From positions 1-6,624 of the forward strand of contig JADGIF010000563.1 in assembly GCA_018985225.1 (NCBI GenBank): a DNA stretch of 6,624 nucleotides, read 5' to 3'. The translations under genes were made by a program, and so were the position numbers. A model generated the notes under the pieces. The model saw only the letters and a list, made by a program, of their open reading frames with translations. It ran no database searches and had not been told where the DNA came from. Origin of the DNA: Amoeboradix gromovi X-113 (taxonomy: Eukaryota; Fungi; Sanchytriomycota). This document shows, in pieces, positions 1 through 6,624 of the stretch (position 1 is the stretch's first letter; every line of letters starts with the position of its first letter).

Positions 1-183
1 AGAAAATGCACCTTTTGCTTAGATGCTCAAAGACCTCATATATCTGAACGAGATGCAGGGTCTTCTAGTTTTATTTTGAAAAGAGGAATACAATCAATGA
101 AAGAATATTGGTATAATAGAAGATCTTTTATTAATAATAGAATTTCCTCCTTATGGAGCACCTTTAAAAACGAGTTAGTCTAG
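1..183 (+). CDS. 5'-truncated C-terminus of a putative TnpB/Fanzor-family RNA-guided nuclease (Zn-finger CxxC + RuvC-III)
   Basis: Frame +1 is open from base 1 to TAG at 181-183: RKCTFCLDAQRPHISERDAGSSSFILKRGIQSMKEYWYNRRSFINNRISSLWSTFKNELV*. CxxC (7-18), RD (49-54) and ILKRG (73-87) have the spacing of the TnpB consensus C-x2-C-x(n)-RD-xNAAxN-ILxRG. The NAAxN residues are diverged (GSSSF), and only 60 aa are visible. Confidence 0.55.
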   Translation, partial: RKCTFCLDAQRPHISERDAGSSSFILKRGIQSMKEYWYNRRSFINNRISSLWSTFKNELV

Positions 184-280
184 TTTTTATATTTGGTGTC
201 CCATACATAGACATTTTAGTTGAGATTAATCGGGCCTCTAGGGCAATTCTACTCCAGCGCTACATCTTTAATAAATTGAT
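184..280 (+). ncRNA. candidate omegaRNA / element right end downstream of the putative TnpB/Fanzor ORF
   Basis: Lies directly 3' of the stop codon and contains a GC-richer island (231-262) in AT-rich DNA. Small stems: GTGTC(196-200)/GACAT(210-214) and GCC-TCTAG-GGC (234-244). TAGGGC (239-244) is 5/6 complementary to GCGCTA (257-262), a pseudoknot-like pairing. Boundaries are inferred. Confidence 0.3.
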
Positions 281-1103
281 TTATTCTAAACTGAACCGGA
301 CTAGCTCATCTCTTTTGTTATTCCAACGTACCTTTTTATTTTGTCAACTTTTCTTTGAATAAATTTTATCTTGCCATAATTTATTTGTATAATCTTCTAC
401 AATAACAATTTTGAAAATATAGATTCTCGCACTTGTTACCCAAATGCTTCATAAAGCAGGTTTAAATCTTTTTTTTCTTTATTAAATTAATGCGCCCGAA
501 TTAATCCCACATGAATTAGATTTATCTGGTCTCATTGACCTCAGACTTGATTTGGGTTGTTTGAACTTAAATGTCTGATTAGCGGCGGTAGCTTAACATT
601 TATAGGATAAGTTGAGGTTCTAATCATATTACTAATGCTTATAGCCATTTTATATGATCATACTCACTTTTGCCATACATAAATTTCAAGTTATTTTAAT
701 CTCACATGGACTATTCTGTTATCAGCATTCGTCTTCTAATTTGGAATCATCTGTGAGATCTCCACCTTCAATCTGTTATCTCACATTAAAAAGTTAAATT
801 CTTCCGTTTTCTTGAAAAAAGTGTCTAAACCTCCACAAAATAGTTACCGGATGTCAGAAATAACAAGAATTAACTACGCAAGATTAATATTATATTAGAA
901 TGAATTTGGTTTTATTAATAATTAAAAATTCGATATACAGTTGATTGTTTAGAAGTAATCACATATCGCTCCCTGAGTTAAAATTATTGCATTGTCGAGA
1001 TTAAGTTGATATTGATTTCTATTCGATCTCAATTTAATAAAATATTGGCACAAAAAAAATAATACAGCTTAAACAATGATTATTTTTAAGAAACAATCTT
1101 AAA

Positions 1104-1667
1104 TTAGAATAATTTACTGAATAACGAAAGAACTAAGATCATGAACAAAGCACCGTAGGCACCTACACTGCTGGTTGAATTAGTAATTGGCACTGAAGCT
1201 TGAGTGGTGGTACCATCAGCAGAGTTTACAGAAGCTCCACTTGTCAAAGAAGAGCTGGTTCCAATCAGCACCAAGGTTTTTGAAAAAGGAATACTTGCCA
1301 ACCCTGTTGAACTTTCTTCGAAGTTATCATTCTCCCAAGCGGTCCATTTGTAAAATGTTGATTTCTTGGAAAACGATGAGAAATCAGATGAATGAGATTT
1401 TGGCCATGAGCTTGATTCCAATGATGAAGAATTCATATTCATGACTGAGGAATTCACTTGAATCATAGAGCTGGTTAGAACCCATTCAGACTCACTTTTA
1501 CTTTCTGTTTGCAAAAAAGTTGGTCCCAATGAATGGCTTGTACTCTGGGTTAATTCCAATGCGCTTGTTGCCAGGCTTGAGTGCAATGCACTTGCTGCTT
1601 TGCTTGATGTTGATTCGCTGGTCTGAGTTTCCAAGATTGAGCTACTTTCAAATGAAGGTGAATTCAT
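1104..1667 (-). CDS. Ser/Thr-rich low-complexity protein with a C-terminal hydrophobic tail (GPI-anchor-signal-like or tail-anchored)
   Basis: 187-aa ORF with 52 Ser (about 28%), ending ...NSTSSVGAYGALFMILVLSLFSKLF*. It has an internal repeat MNS(P/S)S(F/L)ESSS. No N-terminal signal peptide is visible, so the true 5' end is uncertain. Confidence 0.6.
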   Translation of the reverse strand: MNSPSFESSSILETQTSESTSSKAASALHSSLATSALELTQSTSHSLGPTFLQTESKSESEWVLTSSMIQVNSSVMNMNSSSLESSSWPKSHSSDFSSFSKKSTFYKWTAWENDNFEESSTGLASIPFSKTLVLIGTSSSLTSGASVNSADGTTTQASVPITNSTSSVGAYGALFMILVLSLFSKLF

Positions 1668-1711
1668 CTTGGCCTAAAATAGTATCACAGAAAAAGTTCA
1701 TAGAGGAGAGG

Positions 1712-3001
1712 ATGAAACTTGATTTTTCACGAATTTCGGCAAACCTTAACCGCCGCCGTTGTGGCCATTTGTTTGATATAAGAGAGCTATCGGAATTAAA
1801 TGCTGAAGTTGAGTATCTGGAAAAGATGAAAATACAGACCAGAACCCTTCAGAACAAGTTGTCTAAAACATATAAAGGTGACTTAAATGAGTCAATAAAA
1901 TTGAAACTTAAAGGAGTGAAAGAAAGCTACAAACAATTCCATTCAAAGTACAAGTCTTCATTTGAAAAGTTGAATAGATATGTTTTGTCGCTCCCTAATG
2001 ACGTTTCTGAATACACTCAAGATTATGAGCAGGTGCTATATCAAGACGATATTTCCAAATGCCTTAGGGCTGTAGAACACGACAAGTTTGGAGTAAAAAA
2101 TGACCTCATAGATTTTCAAAATGCTGCCAAGATATCTGGAAATAGCTTTTATTTTCTCAAAAACAAGGCTGTTTGGTTAGAAATGGCCCTCATAATGTAC
2201 GCCTTACGATTTTATGAGAGCAAAGGATTCAAATTACTTACTACTCCTGATATAGTGTATAAACATGTAAAGGATGCTTGTGGGTTTCTTCCCCGGAATT
2301 CGGACGAAGTAGAAGATTATTCTATAAACGGTGGTAATAAAGTATTGTGTGCAACTGCCGAAATCCCGATCGCAGGCATGTTATCTAATAAGCTATTTAC
2401 GGTACCTAGTTCCTTTGAGCCAAATGTAATACTTGGTAACTCTAATTTTATTAAAAGCGCTGTGAAACCAGTAGAAATTCATGAATTTCCTCAACTTTAT
2501 GTTGGTGTAGGCAAAGCGTACAGGCCAGAAACGGGATCTATGGGGTCTAGTTCTCGTGGTTTATACCGAGTACATCAATTTAACAAGGTAGAACTGTTCT
2601 CTGTATGTCTTCCTGGAACTTCGAACCAGGTATTTGAATATATTGTTAAGTGCCAACTGGAATTCTTCAAGTCCCTTTTTTTTAAGCTTAAAATACTTGA
2701 AATGCCGGATTTCGAACTCGGAGCATCTGCTCATCGTAAAATTGACATTGAGGCTTACTTTAATGGAAAATCTAAATTTGGAGAACTCAGCAGTACCAGC
2801 AATTGCACCGATTATCAGTCCAATAGATTAAATATTAAATACAAATATAAAGATAAATCACATCTGACCCATACAGTAAATGGCACCGGCTGTGCTATAC
2901 AACGTACAATTGCCTGCGGTTTAGAAGCCTGGCAAATAGATAACAAAGTCCATTTGCCTGAAGCGCTGTCTCGTATTACTGGATTCACAACAATTCCGTA
3001 A
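1712..3001 (+). CDS. seryl-tRNA synthetase, class II, mitochondrial type (DIA4/SARS2-like)
   Basis: N-terminal coiled-coil arm, LSLPND, motif 1 TPDIV, ATAEIPIAG, motif 2 YRPETG...RGLYRVHQFNKVELF, ELGASAHRKIDIEA, ELSSTSNCTDYQS.RLNI and motif 3 HTVNGTGCAIQR. CGFxPR, TAEIPxAG and GLYRVHQF are typical of the mitochondrial/bacterial-like clade. The ORF track start at 1520 is a TTG; ATG 1712 (MKLDFSRISANLNRRR) or ATG 1652 is more plausible. Confidence 0.95.
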   Translation: MKLDFSRISANLNRRRCGHLFDIRELSELNAEVEYLEKMKIQTRTLQNKLSKTYKGDLNESIKLKLKGVKESYKQFHSKYKSSFEKLNRYVLSLPNDVSEYTQDYEQVLYQDDISKCLRAVEHDKFGVKNDLIDFQNAAKISGNSFYFLKNKAVWLEMALIMYALRFYESKGFKLLTTPDIVYKHVKDACGFLPRNSDEVEDYSINGGNKVLCATAEIPIAGMLSNKLFTVPSSFEPNVILGNSNFIKSAVKPVEIHEFPQLYVGVGKAYRPETGSMGSSSRGLYRVHQFNKVELFSVCLPGTSNQVFEYIVKCQLEFFKSLFFKLKILEMPDFELGASAHRKIDIEAYFNGKSKFGELSSTSNCTDYQSNRLNIKYKYKDKSHLTHTVNGTGCAIQRTIACGLEAWQIDNKVHLPEALSRITGFTTIP

Positions 3002-3028
3002 GTAATAAATTGTTTATATATTTATTAA
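3002..3028. terminator. shared 27-nt 3' spacer with back-to-back polyadenylation signals
   Basis: AATAAA on + at 3004-3009 and on - at 3021-3026, within the perfect inverted repeat TAATAAAT (3003-3010) / ATTTATTA (3020-3027), between two convergent stop codons. Confidence 0.6.
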
Positions 3029-3258
3029 TTACTCATATTCACTTTCAATACTGATTATAGACCATGTCTTCTCATTTTCCTTTTCTTCTTCGCTTAATAA
3101 ATAAATTTGATCTGGAAAAGAGCACAATGGGAAGAGCGATTTCATCATTTTTTTGGTCTCAAATATATGCACGATCTTGAACATCGACAGATTCCATATA
3201 TCTACTAATGAGCTATGGCAAGTAGCCATTGCTATTGTTCCATTTATTGGCATACATA
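3029..3258 (-). CDS. MAP4K/GCK kinase exon 2 (C-terminal part of the CNH domain)
   Basis: VCMPINGTIAMATCHSSLVDIWNLSMFKIVHIFETKKMMKSLFPLCSFPDQIYLLS... parallels the CNH C-terminus of MAP4K4/TNIK-type kinases (...IEIRS..TG....VF......LKFLC...DKVFF.S, aligned by eye from memory). Confidence 0.85.
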
Positions 3259-3277
3259 CTAAATTAGTTCGCAGTAC
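3259..3277 (-). other. putative 19-nt spliceosomal intron
   Basis: The minus strand reads GTACTGCGAACTAATTTAG: GT donor, CTAAT branch-point-like motif, TTAG acceptor. It contains the in-frame TAA. Removing it joins the two ORFs into a 2088-nt CDS (695 aa). Confidence 0.7.
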
Positions 3278-5135
3278 CGATATGTGAGGCAGCATGTCTA
3301 AACTGTATCTTCTTGACGACTATGCCATCTTGTAAGACTAAGCAACAACTTTCATAACATAAAAACAACTGATTGTTGAATGAGAACGATTTCAAACATC
3401 TTCCCAAACTAGTGTCTTCGTGCATTTTACTTGATGATCCATTTGCATCATATACAACATATGCACCATTAGTGCCTAATACTACGCTAGCATCTTGATT
3501 TGTTAAATGAACCACGTCAATAGAATCTATTGTAGAAACGAAGCTAATTTCCCGAACTTTCATAAACTTAAAGAATGGTTGCGGAGCCCATTTTAGCACG
3601 AATATAGATTTTGCCAACTGAATACATAAATAAACAGACTCGTCGATGATATCTAGATGATAAGACTCACATCCTTTGGATTCTCTAATTTTTTTCATTT
3701 TATAAACAGTCTCAAATTGTTTACCAGCTTTTAAGTCAAACTCATCCATATCATTCAGCTCATGAGTAGCTACCATTTCTTGTTTACCGCTTCTGCTAAT
3801 CATTAATTGGATATGGGGGATGACATGCATTTGTACATACCTTCTATTACTGAGTGCAATTAACTTCGAATCAGCAGCAGAGAACCCAAACAGCCCATCA
3901 TCTGTTCCGATTAGCAAATGAGTACCAATAAATGTCGCACAATTCACTTTTTTGGCCAGCCTACAGAGTCTTTTAGCTTTGAATACTATTTTGCGATTGA
4001 TATTGACACCTGCTTGTTGGGAAGTGTTGTCCTTTAACTTGAGATTTTGTAGTTCCAATTGAGCCTGAGTCGCTTCAGGATGAGGTGGAGAAGTAGGTTG
4101 TAAAATAGGAGTTGGAACTTCAGGACGCTCATCTTCACTTGGCTCCTCACTGCTAACGTGTTCTTCTTTTTTAAGCTGTTGCTTATCTTTTTTAGCTTGT
4201 CTGCTCTTTTCTACGAGTAGTTTTATAACTTCACGAGCGCCTTGCTGAGGTTTAACAAATGGATGCTGCAATAACTGACGAGCTTCAGGTCTCTGATCAG
4301 GGTCCTTTAGCAAGCATATCTTCAGATAGTCTTTAAAATCGTTGGACCATTTTCCTGGCTTTAATGTCGGAGCATCCATCTTTGGAATCATAAACAAAAC
4401 ACGCATGGGATGCATATCGAACATTGGTGGAGCACATTCTGCCATTTCAATTGAAGTGATTGCAAGTGACCAGATATCTGATTTATGATCATAAAAAGTG
4501 CCTTGTTGCTCGCTAGTAATAACTTCTGGAGCCATCCAATAAGGCGTACCTATAAAAGTATTACGCTTTGCTAGAGTACGTGTAAGTTGAGTGCTAACGC
4601 CAAAATCAGCTAGTTTGACTTGCCCATCCTCAGTAAGTAATATATTCCCACACTTAATATCACGATGGAGTTTTTGACAATCGTGTAGAAAGGCTAAACC
4701 AAGTAAACTTTCACGAATAATTACCATTATCTCAACTTCTAACAATGGTATTTTAGTAGCCTTGTAAGCGCTTTCAACGCTACCGCCACCACAGAATTCC
4801 ATACAGATCCACACAATTTTTTGTCCTTTCACTGCTCCTTTTTTCATATAACAACCAAAATAACCAACAATATTAGGGTGCTGACAATCACGTAAGAAGT
4901 TCACTTCGTTCAGCACTTCGTCTAAATCCTCACCAGGCTCTAATTTAACGAGCTTGACTGCAGCAATCATCCCATCTATTTTTCTTTTAGCTTTAGCTAC
5001 TTCACCATAGCTTCCGCTTCCTATCATTTGTAATAATTCATAATGTTTTTCAGGATCATCCCTAGTGGTTAACTGCTTGTTAAATCTATCCTCACTATCC
5101 ATTGGCGTAATTTTTGATGTTTGGGAAGAAGACAT
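3278..5135 (-). CDS. MAP4K / GCK-family Ste20-like Ser/Thr kinase with CNH domain, exon 1
   Basis: IGSGSYGEV, AVKLVKLEPGED, WICMEFCGGGS, HRDIKCGNILL, VKLADFGVS, KRNTFIGTPYWMAPEVI, PPMFDMHPMRVLF, then a Pro/Glu linker and a CNH domain (VNCA...LLIGTDDGL, VLKWAPQPFFKFM). The start context is aaaATG. Confidence 0.95.
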
Positions 5136-6465
5136 TTTATGAAACTGTCCTGGGTGGCTTAAACTATTTTTTGGCTCAAGATGTTTTATTTTGATAAACT
5201 CAACTGCCAGTAAGTACCGCCAATTATATATTAGAAGATCTCAGTTTCATTCAAACTGCATCAGTGCAGGTTGCAGCCGAATTTTGGCGCTATCATTGTT
5301 CCGAAGTTTAACAAGACTAGAGTAGGCCTCAAATATGGATTTATTTAAGATCTGGCAAAATTTATATTATTTTTTCACTGAACTTTTATACCGAACTGGA
5401 TAAATCCAAAAAAACAAATTGGTTAATTTTAACCATCTAAATTGGGCAAACTCTTTTTAAATGAATCAAAAGATAGAACCTGGCCAAGCGGTAATCTACC
5501 TAGATATACTCACTGCTTTTTATCTGATGATTTTTTGTTAATACTTCCTCTTTTTTCTTTTTAGAGTGACGAACACCCAGAAACATTATCATACTACCAA
5601 AATTATTCACCAGTCTCCTAGCTGTAATTAAAATGCCAAATCGCTTTTTATCCTTTTCTTCTATATAATTGTATTTGATCCATTGCCAACATCTTTCCTA
5701 AAATAAGTTCTTTTCACATTAGATACACCTGTCTTAACTCTGCAGGTTTTAATGCCAGTTTTGATGAACACCAATAATCCGAAACAAAAACTTTAATGTA
5801 CTTTTGTGCACATTCTGGTGGGAGTTTGGTCATTTAATACCCAAGGTCTGTATATCATTCTTTTAGCATTTCTCGTTTATAAGTTACCTAAAATCTTACC
5901 TCAGAAATTGTTGGATATACCCTGTGAATTCTAAATAATTGTGTTACTAAACTTATTCATCTTGCAAGTCTTAAAGTTTATGTTGAGAACAGAATTTCTT
6001 GATCAAGAAAAAAGGTTTAGGACACTTCTAAAAAGATTGGCAAAGGCACTATATTGTGGATAACATTTTAAAGCATAAGGCCTCACATGTTATTAGTTTT
6101 ATGACTTGCAGTTGTCTAAGGGACGACGTTTCAAGTCTCCAGATCACCGTATCTTAAGACCAAGTTTTTTGTCTAGGCTGTACCAACAGAGATGGCGCAA
6201 TCTGTTCAAAGATGAGGGTCCGTTTGGTATAAGCATTCGTAATCACATGTAAAATCGAGCGATGAAAATGGGTTAATTACTGTCTTAAAGCAGTTAATCA
6301 TTCCCAATTCCTAGGTACCACATCAATCTAGAGTAACAAATTAAATCCCTAACCATTACTCTTTCTTAATTGGGTTTATATTCATTGGTAAATCATCTTT
6401 TTTAACGTAGTGGGCACAAAGATACTCAATTCAAGCAAATTGTTTAAACCAACATTAGATTCTAA

Positions 6466-6572
6466 CACTGGACTAAATTAGCAATTGCGAAGTCCAGTGC
6501 TCAAGCTAGAATAAATTGAATTCAACAACATCTAGTAAGAAGCAATTTGATTTCACAAAATAAGTCAAATTG
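6466..6572. repeat. three tandem inverted repeats / hairpins
   Basis: CACTGGACT(6466-6474)/AGTCCAGTG(6491-6499); CTAGA(6506-6510)/TCTAG(6531-6535) around the palindrome TTGAATTCAA; CAATTTGATTT(6543-6553)/AAGTCAAATTG(6562-6572) with one G-U pair. Confidence 0.6.
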
Positions 6573-6624
6573 ATACCAAAACTGGATGCTGGGTCAACAA
6601 GCCAGAGGATTAAGAACAATAAAT

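Noticed and set aside
184-1103. CRISPR array or regular tandem repeat array
   Set aside because: The repeated motifs are short, irregularly spaced and in mixed orientation.
1187-1444. 85-aa + strand ORF
   Set aside because: TTG start, antisense shadow of the Ser-rich ORF, no motifs.
1520-1651. N-terminal extension of the SerRS ORF given in the track
   Set aside because: Starts at TTG and is the antisense read of the Ser-rich gene; it does not resemble SerRS or a mitochondrial presequence.
2634-2831. 65-aa ORF nested in SerRS
   Set aside because: Alternate frame within a conserved catalytic domain, non-ATG start.
3264-3266. Stop-codon reassignment (TAA=Gln) or readthrough as the explanation of the kinase break
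   Set aside because: The continuation is in a different frame, the long ORFs have no internal TAA/TAG, and SerRS ends in TAA.
3029-3295. 88-aa ORF as an independent gene
   Set aside because: It is the CNH C-terminus, i.e. exon 2 of the kinase.
5222-5345. Fragments ILEDL and NFGAIIVPKF resembling TnpB/Fanzor2 RuvC-II motifs
   Set aside because: Different frames, wrong spacing, flanked by stop codons, and too short to exceed chance.
5995-6010. Perfect 16-bp palindrome TTTCTTGATCAAGAAA (also 5420-5435 TGGTTAA-tt-TTAACCA)
   Set aside because: Plausible by chance in AT-rich sequence of this length.
5963-6110. 12/13 inverted repeat TGCAAGTCTTAAA / TTTATGACTTGCA as MITE termini
   Set aside because: No target-site duplication and only a short match.

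Overview
AT-rich eukaryotic DNA in the standard genetic code with very compact genes. It is probably from an early-diverging fungus or another unicellular opisthokont (inferred from an animal-type MAP4K kinase+CNH gene). The core has three tightly packed genes: a Ser/Thr-rich protein with a hydrophobic C-terminal tail (-), a mitochondrial-type seryl-tRNA synthetase (+) and a MAP4K/GCK kinase with a CNH domain (-). The kinase appears to be split by an ultra-short 19-nt GT-AG intron, which the ORF track shows as two separate ORFs. The first 183 nt, absent from the ORF track, form an open frame with a CxxC...RD-x6-ILKRG pattern that matches the zinc-finger/RuvC-III end of TnpB/Fanzor RNA-guided nucleases. 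A short structured segment that could be its omegaRNA follows. Only the last 60 codons of that gene are visible, so the call is provisional. Both flanks (about 280-1100 and 5140-6624) lack credible ORFs; the right flank ends in three tandem hairpins.
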